From contig CAVUMN010000004.1 of NCBI GenBank assembly GCA_963742735.1, positions 1,408,001-1,472,000 of the forward strand: a stretch of 64,000 nt of DNA, in the 5' to 3' direction. Shown piece after piece: positions 49,071 through 61,215 of the stretch. Position 1 is the stretch's first letter. Each line of letters begins with the position of its first letter. The notes below the pieces were generated by a model, which saw nothing but the letters and a program-made list of their open reading frames with translations, did no database searches and was not told the DNA's origin. A program made the translations under genes and the position numbers. Source of the DNA: an uncultured Actinomycetes bacterium (GTDB lineage: Bacteria; Actinomycetota; UBA4738; JBBDTT01).

Positions 49071-50295
49071 GTGGACCGGGAGTCGGCCGTACGGCGCAAC
49101 ACCCACCGGCTCATGGTCGCCGAGCCGATGAACCGCGCCATCCTCACCCTGGCGTTCACCGTCGGGGTCGTCGCGGTCGTCGACTTCTCGGGGCGCGACT
49201 TCTTCGCCGGCCTGTACGTCGCCCTGAACGGCGCGCTGGTCGCGCTCGGGGCGTTCCTGACCGGCCGCGCCATGGACCGATGGGGCCGCCGTCCCGGCCT
49301 GGCCGCCGGCTACGTCGTCATGATCGTCGCCTCCGGCTCGTCGCGATGGCCGCGTTCGCCGGCCGGTCGACGCCTCCTGCTCATGGCGGCCGTCGGGGCT
49401 GATCGGGTTCGCCTCCGGCGCGGCCAACCTGGGGCGCGCGGCGGTGGCCGACATGTATCCGCCGGAGCGCCGGGCGCGGGCCGTGGGAATCGTCTTGGCC
49501 GTCGGAACGGTGGGGGCCGTCGGCGGCCCGTTGCTGGCCGGGCTCCTGGCCCGGATCGACCCCTCGGATGAGTCGCCGCTGCCCTGGGTGGCCACCGCCG
49601 TCCTGGCCGGGATCGCCCTGGCCGCCGTCGGCCTGCTGCGGCCGGACCCGCGCGAGCTCGCGGCGGCGCCGCCGCCGGGGCAGGCCCAGACGGGCCGCCG
49701 GGCCGTCGGCGTTCTTCTGCCCAGCCGCGCGTTCCGGGCGGCGGTGGCCGCGATCGGCGTGGCCCAGGCGGCGATGGTCGCGGTCATGGGCGCGACCCCC
49801 GTGGAGATCACGCACCACCACGGCAGCGCGCTCGTCGTGGGGACCACGGTCAGCCTGCACGTGGCAGGGATGTTCGCCTTCTCGCCGCTGATCGGCGCCG
49901 CACTCGATCGATGGGGGCGCCGTCTCGGGCTGCTGGCCGGGTCGCTGGTCGCGGCCGGCGGGGCGATCGTGACCGCGGTGGCCTCCGGCTCGACCCCGGT
50001 GCTCGCGACCGGGCTGTTCTTCGTGGGACTCGGCTGGTCGTCGGTCTACCTCGCCTCCACCGCGGTGATCAGCGACGTCACCACCGCCGCCGAGCGCGCG
50101 GGAGCGCTCGGCTTCGTGGATCTGGTGGCCGCGCTCTCGGCGGCGGCCGGCGCCCTGGTGGGCGGCGTGCTGCTCGAGTCGGTGGGGTTCGGCTGGGTCG
50201 GCGCGGGGTTCGCGCCGCTGCTGGTGGCCGTCCTGGTGCTCGTCGTTCCGCTGCGGGAGTCCGAGCCGGGCCGATGGGCCCCAGCCCCCGCCTAG
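49071..50295 (+). CDS. MFS transporter; apparent frameshift(s) near 49340-49400
   Basis: Two DRWGRR motif-A copies; about 12 TMs across two frames. Confidence 0.85.
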
Positions 50296-50331
50296 CGGCC
50301 GGGCCCTTCGGCACTCCCGGATTCCCGACGC

Positions 50332-51369
50332 CTACCGGCCGGGCTCGACCACCAGCCGGACGATCGACTCGTCCTTGCGCGTCAGGCGGTCGACGCCCTC
50401 GTTGACCCGGTCGAGCGGCAGGCGATCGGTGATGCTGCCGGACAGATCGAGCCGGCCCGACGCCACGAGCTGCAGGATCTCCTCCAGGTGGTGCTTGCGG
50501 TACCCCAGGTGTCCCAGGATCGACACGCCCCGGAAGGACAGGCCGAGCAGCGGTCCGGCGTCGAGCGACTGCAGCGACTGGCCGCACACCACAACGCGCC
50601 CGCCCCGCTCCAGCGACGCCAGTCCCTGCTGCGTGGCGGCGGGGTTGCCCACCATGTCGGCGGCCAGGTTCAGGCTCCGCCCACCCGTCGCGGCCTTGAT
50701 CGCGCCTCGCACGTCCTCACCGGGGTCCAGCGCGACGTCCGCGCCGAGGGCCAGGGCTCGCTCGCGCGCCGCCGGAAGGGGATCGATCGCGGCGATGAAG
50801 GCCGCCCCGGCCATCCGCGCGATCTGGATCCCGTGCGTCCCCAGCCCGCCGATCCCCCAGATCCCGACGCGTTCGCCGGGCCGGAGGTTCGCCCGGTCGA
50901 GGAGCGCCGCGTACGGAGTGCCGACCGAGTCGCTGGCGATCGCCGCGTGCTCGAAGGAGACGGCGTCGGGCACCCGGGCCAGCGTGTACCAGCGGGTGGC
51001 CATCAGCGGCGCGAACGCGCCGTCGTAGTAGACGCCCATGACCTCGGGCCGCAGGCATTCGTCGAGGGCGCCGGAGATGCACCGCTCGCACCGTTCGCAC
51101 GATCTCCCGGCGTTGATCGCGACTCGGTCGCCCTCGACCCAGCCCTGGACGGCCTCACCGACGGCCACGATCGTGCCGGCCGCCTCGTGGCCCATGGTCA
51201 CCGGCGGCGGGACCGGCATGGGCATCTCGCCGTGGATGAAGTGCAGATCCGAGGCGCAGATCCCGCACGCGGCGATCTCGACGACCACGTCCAGCGGTCC
51301 CGGCGTTGGGTCGGGGACCTCGTCGACCGACAGCGGCTGGTTCGGGGCGTGGAACCGGGCGGCACGCAT
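50332..51369 (-). CDS. zinc-dependent alcohol dehydrogenase (MDR)
   Basis: CGICASD, GHE, CxxCxxC...C and GIGGLG motifs. Confidence 0.92.
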   Translation of the reverse strand: MRAARFHAPNQPLSVDEVPDPTPGPLDVVVEIAACGICASDLHFIHGEMPMPVPPPVTMGHEAAGTIVAVGEAVQGWVEGDRVAINAGRSCERCERCISGALDECLRPEVMGVYYDGAFAPLMATRWYTLARVPDAVSFEHAAIASDSVGTPYAALLDRANLRPGERVGIWGIGGLGTHGIQIARMAGAAFIAAIDPLPAARERALALGADVALDPGEDVRGAIKAATGGRSLNLAADMVGNPAATQQGLASLERGGRVVVCGQSLQSLDAGPLLGLSFRGVSILGHLGYRKHHLEEILQLVASGRLDLSGSITDRLPLDRVNEGVDRLTRKDESIVRLVVEPGR

Positions 51370-51443
51370 CCGCGCAGTCTAGCGATGGGCCCTTCGAACG
51401 CGAGGTCCTCGCCTACAATCGAGTGGTCCCCCGAAAGGCGAAC

Positions 51444-54141
<2,698 letters not shown>

Positions 54142-54172
54142 CTCGGACGCCTCCGCTCCCTCGTGAGGCGCC

Positions 54173-55287
54173 ATGAGTGAGTACACGGAGCGGCTCGAGG
54201 ATCTGGCGCGCAGGTTGGACTCCGCGAAGGAGTACCTTTGACCTGCCGGCGAAGCAGCGCGCCCTCGCCGAGCTCCAGTCGGAGCTGAACGCTCCGGATC
54301 TCTGGAACGACCAGGAGAACGCGCAGCGCATCACGCAGCGCGCGTCCCGGCTCCGCGGTGAGATCGACCGCGACGTCGAGCTCGTCAAGGAGCTCGACGA
54401 TCTGCGGGCGATCGACGAGCTGGTCTCCGAGGCTCCCGACCCCGAGCTGCTGAAGGAGCTCACCGACGGCCTCCGGACCCTGTCCTCGAAGATCGACCGG
54501 CTCGAGCTCGCGTCGCTGCTGTCGGGGGAGTACGACGCGAACGACGCGATCGCCAGCATCCACGCCGGCGCGGGCGGTACCGAGAGCCAGGACTGGGCGG
54601 AGATGCTCCTGCGCATGTACCTGCGATGGGCCGAGCGCGAGGGCCTGGAGGCCGAGCTCGACGAGGTCCAGCCCGGGGAGGAGGCCGGCATCAAGAGCGC
54701 GACGTTCATGGTTCGGGGGACGAACGCGTACGGGCTGCTCCAGGCCGAGCGCGGCGTCCATCGGCTCGTGCGGATCTCGCCCTACGACGCGAGCAAGCGG
54801 CGGCACACCTCCTTCGCGTCGCTCGACGTGGTCCCGCTGCTCGGAGGACGACGCGGAGATCGATATCGACCCCAAGGACCTCCGCGTGGACACGTACCGC
54901 TCGAGCGGCGCCGGCGGCCAGCACGTGAACGTCACCGACTCGGCCGTGCGCATCACCCACATCCCCACGGGGATCACCGCGGCCTGCCAGAACGAGCGCA
55001 GCCAGATGCAGAACCGCGCGGTGGCCATGCGCATCCTCAAGGCCCGGCTGATGGACCTCGCCCGCGAACAGCGCCAGGACAGGATCGAGAACCTCCGCGG
55101 CGAGCGCCGCGACATCCAGTTCGGCTCCCAGATCCGCTCCTACGTCCTGCACCCCTACCGGATGGTCAAGGACCACCGGACCGGCGTGGAGATCGGCGAC
55201 GTCGACCGCGTGCTCGACGGCGACCTCGGCGAGCTCATCGACGCCGCGCTGCGGCAGCGCGCCGGCGCCGAGGCGGCCTCCTCCTAG
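54173..55287 (+). CDS. prfB: peptide chain release factor 2 with programmed +1 frameshift; extra apparent indel near 54843
   Basis: MSEYTERL...KEYL, then CTT-TGA-C; [18 protein letters not shown] and QIRSYV motifs. Confidence 0.95.
54228..54242 (+). promoter_or_regulatory. prfB autoregulatory +1 frameshift cassette
   Basis: Internal SD AGGAG, 3-nt spacer, CTT TGA C. Confidence 0.92.
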
Positions 55288-55314
55288 CAGCCCGGTCACC
55301 GCACACACATTGAG

Positions 55315-55330
55315 CGTGACCGAGGTCACA
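55315..55330. promoter_or_regulatory. CRP/GlxR-like site CGTGA-N6-TCACA
   Basis: One mismatch from TGTGA-N6-TCACA; intergenic, upstream of the FecR-domain genes. Confidence 0.55.
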
Positions 55331-55446
55331 GCTTGAAAAGGTTGTCCATTTCGCGTGTTGTCTAGGAGAATGACCGTGGATCGGGCGCCCCCCTCACTTC
55401 GCTGAGAGTGCTCGGGACCGTGTGGGCGACTGGAGGCGGGTGACGG

Positions 55447-58400
55447 ATGGCGAAGGCGGGCAAGAGCCGGTGGGCGATCGTGATCGCCATCCTGGCCGTC
55501 GTCGCGGTCGCCGCCGGGATTCTCATCTTCACCGGAGGCCAGTCCGAGGCGAAGCAGTTCGCCACCCTCCAGGTCCGCGAGGGACAGGTCGACGTCCGGA
55601 AGGCCGGCGCCGGGTTCCAGCCCGGCCGTGACGGCCAAGCGCTCGCCCAGGGCGACCTGGTTCGAACCGGACCGGACGGCATCGCGGAGATCACCTACTT
55701 CGATGGATCGCTGACCCGTCTGGGCCCCGACACCGAGTTCACGATCGAGGAGCTGTCCAGCCTCGACAACGACGCGAAGTCGAAGCGGATCAAGGGGTCG
55801 CACGACCGGGGCCGCACGTGGAATCGCGTCGAGAAGCTCGCGGACTCGGCGAGCCGGTTCGAGATCGAGACGCCGGTGGCGACGGCCGCGGCGCGCGGGA
55901 CCGTCTTCGCGACCTTCTGCGACTTCTTCGAGAACTGCACCATCGTCGCCATCGAGGACACCACCGAGGTCCTGATGGCGGACGGAACGGTCATCACCCT
56001 GAACGCCCTGGACGCGGTGACGATCAACGCCGACGGGACGCCGGGTGAGGTCATCCACTTCGACTCCCTCGACGCGTTGATCGAGGCGTTCGAGTGGGTC
56101 GACGAGAACGCGTGCGACATCGAGGAGATCGTCGACTGCGAGCCGGCCGAGCCCGAGCCCACGCCGACCGTGACGCCTCTTCCCGGTCCTTCGCCGACCG
56201 ACGGCACGTCGCCGGAGCCGATCGTCGAGCCGGCCGCCGAACCGCCGTCGAACTCGGTACCCGCTGCCGACTTCGCGCCGGCCTCGGCCACGGGCGGCGC
56301 GCCCCTGACCGTCGAGTTCACGAACCTCTCGTCCGATCCGGACGGCGACGCCCTGACCTTCGTGTGGGACTTCGGCGACGGCACGCCGCTGTCCGCGGCC
56401 GTGAACCCCTCGCACACCTTCGGGCTCGGCACGTGGAACGTGACCCTCACCGCGCGCGACGGCGCGGGCGCGACCGACTCGGCGACCCACACCATCTCCG
56501 CACTCGACATGACGGCGCCGGCCCCGCCGGTCATCACGTCACCGAGCGGCGCCGGCGTCATCGGCTCGGTGCCGATTACCTTCTCCGGCGACGCCGAGCA
56601 GGGCTCGGTCGTCAGGCTCTTCGACGGCGGGAGCCAGATCGGGTCGGACCAGGCGAACTCGCCGTTCGTGATCGTCGCGTCCCTCGCCGACGGGTCCCAC
56701 TCGATCACGGCGACGGCGACGGACGGCGCGGGGAATGAGAGCGGCCCGAGCGACCCGCTCCTCCTGGACGTCGAGGCCGTGAACGATCCACCGACCGCGT
56801 CCCTGTCCGTGGCGCCGGGCTCGGGGACACTCCCGCTCGCCGTGTCGTTCGACGGCTCCGGTTCTTCGGACAGCGACGATCCGCTCGACTCCTGGGTGCT
56901 CGCCTTCGGTGACGAGTCCACGGACGCGTCCGGCTCGGGAACGCCTCCCGCCTCGATCCCGCACACCTACTCGCCGGCCGGGCAGTTCGTGGCCACCCTC
57001 ACCGTCATCGATGCCCGTGGCGCGACCGACACCGACACCGCCACGGTCGATGTCAGCGAACCTCCGAACGCCGAGCCAAACGCGGTCAACGACACCGCCA
57101 CGACCGATGAGGACGACGCGGTCACGATCGATGTCCTCCTCAACGACACGGATTCGGACGGCGACACCCTCGACATCACGTCGGTCGGGACGCCCGCCGA
57201 CGGGGGCGCACAGATCGTCCTGGGCGACGCCGGCGAGGAGATCCAGTACACGCCCGACTCCGACTTCAACGGGGCGGACTCGTTCACCTACGCGATCTCG
57301 GACGGCAACGGCGGGACCGACTCGGCGACCGTCAACCTGACTGTCGATCCCGTCGACGACGAGGGTTCGGCCTCGCTCACCGCGGACGAGCCGGAGGGGA
57401 CCGCGCCCCACGAGGTCACCTTCACCATCGACGGCGAGGATCCCGACGGCCTGGTGAGCTGGTCGCTGGTCTTCGGCGACGAGGACACGGAGGGCGTCTC
57501 CGTCGCGTCGACGAACGGGGCGTGGCCGCCTCCCGCCGCGGGCGTGGCGCACACCTACGAGCTCCCCGGCGAGTACACCGCAACCCTGACGGTCACCGAC
57601 TCCGAGGGCGGTACCAGCCAGGCGACGACCGGCGTGACCGTCAACGCCCCGAACGCCGGGCCGACCGCTGTGCTGCTCCCCGAGACGGATACGGGTCACT
57701 GGCCGTACACCGTCTCCTTCGACGGGTCGGGCAGCAGCGACCCCGACGACGGGATCGCGTCCTGGTCGCTCGACTTCGGCGACGACAGCACTGACGCGTC
57801 CGGCACGGGAACGCCGCTGGCCTTGATCCTGCACGAGTACGAAAACCCGGGCGTGTACACCGCGACGCTCACCGTGACCGACGGCGAGGGTCTGACGGAC
57901 ACCGACACGTCCGCGATCACGGTCACCAACACGGCTCCGAACGCCGACGACGACACCCAGGTGACTGAGGAGAACAACTCCGTGTTCGTCGATGTCCTCG
58001 ACAACGACGAGGACCCTGACGGCGACGAGCTGACGATCGTCTCGGTCGGTGACCCCGCGAACGGCTTCGCCGAGATCGTCGAAACGGAGAGTGGGGGGCA
58101 GGCGGTCGAGTACACGCCGGACGAGGGGTTCGTCGGCAACGACACCTTCACGTACACGATCAGCGACGGCCAGACGACGGACAGCGCGAATGTCTCCGTG
58201 ACCGTCAACGCCCCGCCCGACGCGGTGGAGGATGCGTACCTGACCACGGATGACGAGGACACGGATGCGCCCGGGATCAACATCGGCGCCGAGAACGGCG
58301 TTCTCGCCAACGACGTGGACGACGAGGCGATCACCGCGACGCTGGTGGGCGACCCGTCCGGGGTGACTCTAAATGCGGACGGGTCGTTCACCGTGCTGTT

Positions 58401-61095
58401 CGCGTCCCCGTACGAAGACCTCCCCGTGCAGTTCGCGTACTCGGCGTGTGACCCGCTTGGCGCCTGCGACACGGCCACCGTCACCGTGAGCGAGCCGGCC
58501 GTCGAACTCGACGCGGTGAACGACACGGCCTCGCAGACCGGCGAACCGATCTACATCGACGTGCTCGAAAACGACCATGGCACAGGGATCTTCGTGGAGA
58601 GCTTCACCCAGCCGGGGTCCTCGCCGACCCAGGGCGAGGGCGCCGACGTCCACCGCAGCGAGGCCGAGGACAACAGCAACACCCTCGTCTACGCCCCGGG
58701 CGGAGGCTTCAGCGGTACCGACTCGTTCACCTACACGATCGAGGACGAGAACGGTGACCGGGATACGGCGACGGTGACGATTGAGGGCAGCGCGGATTCG
58801 GTAACGATCGTCCTGCATTGGCCGGCGGTCGGACGGGACCTGGATCTTCACGTGCAACCACCCACAGGGCTGCAGCTCTACTACGGCCTCCGGTGTCTGG
58901 AAGGCGCCACCCTGCCCTGCTGGGCCGAGCAGGACATCGACGTCACCCAAGGCCCCCCCGGAACCGAGACCGACACGATCTACACGCTCGATCCGAACTA
59001 TCAGACGGGCGGGTACGTCATCTACATCGACAACTTCTCCTGCGGCCAGCACACGTACGAGGGAACCGGGGCGACGGTGACCGTGAACACCGCCTCGGGC
59101 AGCCAGACCTTCAGCCTTCCGACTGGAGATCAGACGCTCCGGCAGTGGAACGTCGGAACGCTCACGCTCGGCGCCGCCGGCGCTGGCTCGGTGACCCCGG
59201 CGCAGACGTTCTCCGGCGGGTTCTGTGGGAACAATCCTCCAGTGGCGGTGGACGATGAGCTGCAGACGGCTCCCAACACGCCGCTGACGTTCTCGACCGG
59301 CGATCTCGAGGTCAACGACTACGACCTCGAGTTCGACGACTTCCACGTGGCCTCGATCGATGCGAGCTCGGCTCAGGGGGGCATCATCCAGGAGCAGTTC
59401 TGCGAAGGGAGCTACTGCGAGTACATCTACACGCCACCGGCCGACATCGAGAGCGACTCCTTCGACTATGTGCTGGTGGACGACAACTTGAACTCCGGCG
59501 AGGAGAGCGTGGGCACGGTGACCGTGCTGGTCGGGAACTCGGCGCCGGTCGCGGAGGACGACGAGATCACCGCGTCGATCGATCGGCCCAAGACCTTCTC
59601 GCCCTTCGAGCTGCTCTGGAACGATGTCGACCCCGAGGAGGACGAGATCCGCGTGCTCGAGGTGGACCCGGCCTCGACCGAGGGGGGCACGGTCGTGTTG
59701 CTGAACGGGGAGGATCCGGAGAACGCGCAGATCGAGTACACGCCGCCGGCGGAGTACACGGGACCCGATTCGTTCACCTACACGGTCGTGGATGTATACG
59801 GCGCAACGGACCCGGGGAGCGTTGGAACCGTGAACGTGACGGTCCTGGGCGAGGAGCCGCCGGTGGCTGTGGACGATCCCGACCCGGAGGTTCGGGGGGA
59901 GTTCGTCGTTCCGCCCGGGGCCCCGACGGAGCTCGCCAGCTCCCTGCTGACGATCAACGACCACGACCCCAACGACGATCCGTTGTCGATCATCTCGGTC
60001 GACGGATCGTCCTCTCTGGGGACGGTCGCGATGGCGGGATCTGGAGGCGTGCTGTACACGCCCCCCGATGATTTCCAGGGCCTCGACACCTTCACCTACA
60101 CGATCGGGGACGGGACGGGATTTACCGACAGCGCGACCGTCACCGTGGCCGTCGACGACAACCCCTGCACGGAGTTCGGCTGCGTAAACGAACCGCCGGT
60201 GGCCGGGCCAGATTTCGCCAGTACCCCAGAGGGCACACTCCTGACCCTGTCTCAGGAGGACCTGTTCGTAAACGACTTCGACCCGAACGGCGACGCCTTC
60301 TTCATCCTAGGAGTGGACGCCGCTTCGGTCGAGGATGGTGGGGAACCCGGCGTGCATCAGGTAAACGGGGTCACGTTCGTCACCTACAGGGCGAACGCGG
60401 GTTTCACCGGGATCGACTCGTTCTCGTACTACCTGGTGGACGAGTGGGGGAACGGCTTCGATGAGGACACAGGCGTCTCTGAGAGCGCAGGCCTGATCAC
60501 CGTCACCGTCGGGTCCGAGTTCGCTGGGTTGGCAGCCCCGGAGGGTTCCGACGAACGACTCCCGCGGTCGAGGCGCCACGGGGGAGATGCGGCGTCCACG
60601 GGTTCGGGCGCCACCCTCTCCCGGCTGCGCGCGGAGCTCTCCGGTACGAGCGCAACGCTCACCTGGGACGAGGGGATCGAGGGCGTGGCGCGGTGGTCCA
60701 CGACCGAGTACCCGACGCGGCCCACGGCGGGGACCGAGGGCTGCCGGGGAGTCGGGGAGTGTCGGATCGACGGCCTGCCCGGGGGCTCGACCGTGTACGT
60801 GACGGTGTTCAGCGAGCGGGGGCGGGTGACGCCGGTGGTCGACGTGAACGCGGTCCAGGTGGCCGTCCCGGCCTCGACGGAGCCCATTCCGACGGAGCCC
60901 ACTCCGACCGAGCCGACCCCGATCGAGCCGACCCCGACGGAGCCCGCCCCGACGGAGCCCGCCCCGACGGAGCCCACTCCGGCGGAGCCGCCGCCGCCCG
61001 AGCCGCTGGAACCGGCGCCGGCCGACGAGGCCACCCCGCCTCCTGAGCCGGTGGCCACCGAGCCGCCTGAGGACCCGGTGGAGGTCCCCGACTAG
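55447..61095 (+). CDS. 1882-aa exported protein: FecR-like domain, PKD and Ig/cadherin-like (Big_9) repeats, DLDLHV domain, C-terminal TEP repeats
   Basis: Signal/TM; GDLVRTG, DGS..RLGPDT, IETPVATAAARGT; WDFGDG PKD motifs; repeated P.A.DD...ND.D...YTP...G.DSFTY. Confidence 0.85.
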   Translation: MAKAGKSRWAIVIAILAVVAVAAGILIFTGGQSEAKQFATLQVREGQVDVRKAGAGFQPGRDGQALAQGDLVRTGPDGIAEITYFDGSLTRLGPDTEFTIEELSSLDNDAKSKRIKGSHDRGRTWNRVEKLADSASRFEIETPVATAAARGTVFATFCDFFENCTIVAIEDTTEVLMADGTVITLNALDAVTINADGTPGEVIHFDSLDALIEAFEWVDENACDIEEIVDCEPAEPEPTPTVTPLPGPSPTDGTSPEPIVEPAAEPPSNSVPAADFAPASATGGAPLTVEFTNLSSDPDGDALTFVWDFGDGTPLSAAVNPSHTFGLGTWNVTLTARDGAGATDSATHTISALDMTAPAPPVITSPSGAGVIGSVPITFSGDAEQGSVVRLFDGGSQIGSDQANSPFVIVASLADGSHSITATATDGAGNESGPSDPLLLDVEAVNDPPTASLSVAPGSGTLPLAVSFDGSGSSDSDDPLDSWVLAFGDESTDASGSGTPPASIPHTYSPAGQFVATLTVIDARGATDTDTATVDVSEPPNAEPNAVNDTATTDEDDAVTIDVLLNDTDSDGDTLDITSVGTPADGGAQIVLGDAGEEIQYTPDSDFNGADSFTYAISDGNGGTDSATVNLTVDPVDDEGSASLTADEPEGTAPHEVTFTIDGEDPDGLVSWSLVFGDEDTEGVSVASTNGAWPPPAAGVAHTYELPGEYTATLTVTDSEGGTSQATTGVTVNAPNAGPTAVLLPETDTGHWPYTVSFDGSGSSDPDDGIASWSLDFGDDSTDASGTGTPLALILHEYENPGVYTATLTVTDGEGLTDTDTSAITVTNTAPNADDDTQVTEENNSVFVDVLDNDEDPDGDELTIVSVGDPANGFAEIVETESGGQAVEYTPDEGFVGNDTFTYTISDGQTTDSANVSVTVNAPPDAVEDAYLTTDDEDTDAPGINIGAENGVLANDVDDEAITATLVGDPSGVTLNADGSFTVLFASPYEDLPVQFAYSACDPLGACDTATVTVSEPAVELDAVNDTASQTGEPIYIDVLENDHGTGIFVESFTQPGSSPTQGEGADVHRSEAEDNSNTLVYAPGGGFSGTDSFTYTIEDENGDRDTATVTIEGSADSVTIVLHWPAVGRDLDLHVQPPTGLQLYYGLRCLEGATLPCWAEQDIDVTQGPPGTETDTIYTLDPNYQTGGYVIYIDNFSCGQHTYEGTGATVTVNTASGSQTFSLPTGDQTLRQWNVGTLTLGAAGAGSVTPAQTFSGGFCGNNPPVAVDDELQTAPNTPLTFSTGDLEVNDYDLEFDDFHVASIDASSAQGGIIQEQFCEGSYCEYIYTPPADIESDSFDYVLVDDNLNSGEESVGTVTVLVGNSAPVAEDDEITASIDRPKTFSPFELLWNDVDPEEDEIRVLEVDPASTEGGTVVLLNGEDPENAQIEYTPPAEYTGPDSFTYTVVDVYGATDPGSVGTVNVTVLGEEPPVAVDDPDPEVRGEFVVPPGAPTELASSLLTINDHDPNDDPLSIISVDGSSSLGTVAMAGSGGVLYTPPDDFQGLDTFTYTIGDGTGFTDSATVTVAVDDNPCTEFGCVNEPPVAGPDFASTPEGTLLTLSQEDLFVNDFDPNGDAFFILGVDAASVEDGGEPGVHQVNGVTFVTYRANAGFTGIDSFSYYLVDEWGNGFDEDTGVSESAGLITVTVGSEFAGLAAPEGSDERLPRSRRHGGDAASTGSGATLSRLRAELSGTSATLTWDEGIEGVARWSTTEYPTRPTAGTEGCRGVGECRIDGLPGGSTVYVTVFSERGRVTPVVDVNAVQVAVPASTEPIPTEPTPTEPTPIEPTPTEPAPTEPAPTEPTPAEPPPPEPLEPAPADEATPPPEPVATEPPEDPVEVPD
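60877..60996 (+). repeat. 8 x 15-bp degenerate tandem repeat encoding TEPxP
   Basis: ACGGAGCCCATTCCG / ACGGAGCCCACTCCG / ACCGAGCCGACCCCG ... units. Confidence 0.9.
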
Positions 61096-61215
61096 CTCGG
61101 AGTCGCTCCACCCGCCAGACCCCAACTCGCTCGGCGTCTTGTCCGGATCGCTCCGGTCGGGGAGAATCATCCTTCCGTGCGCCGGGATGTCCCGGCGAGC
61201 CGGAAGGAGACAGCG

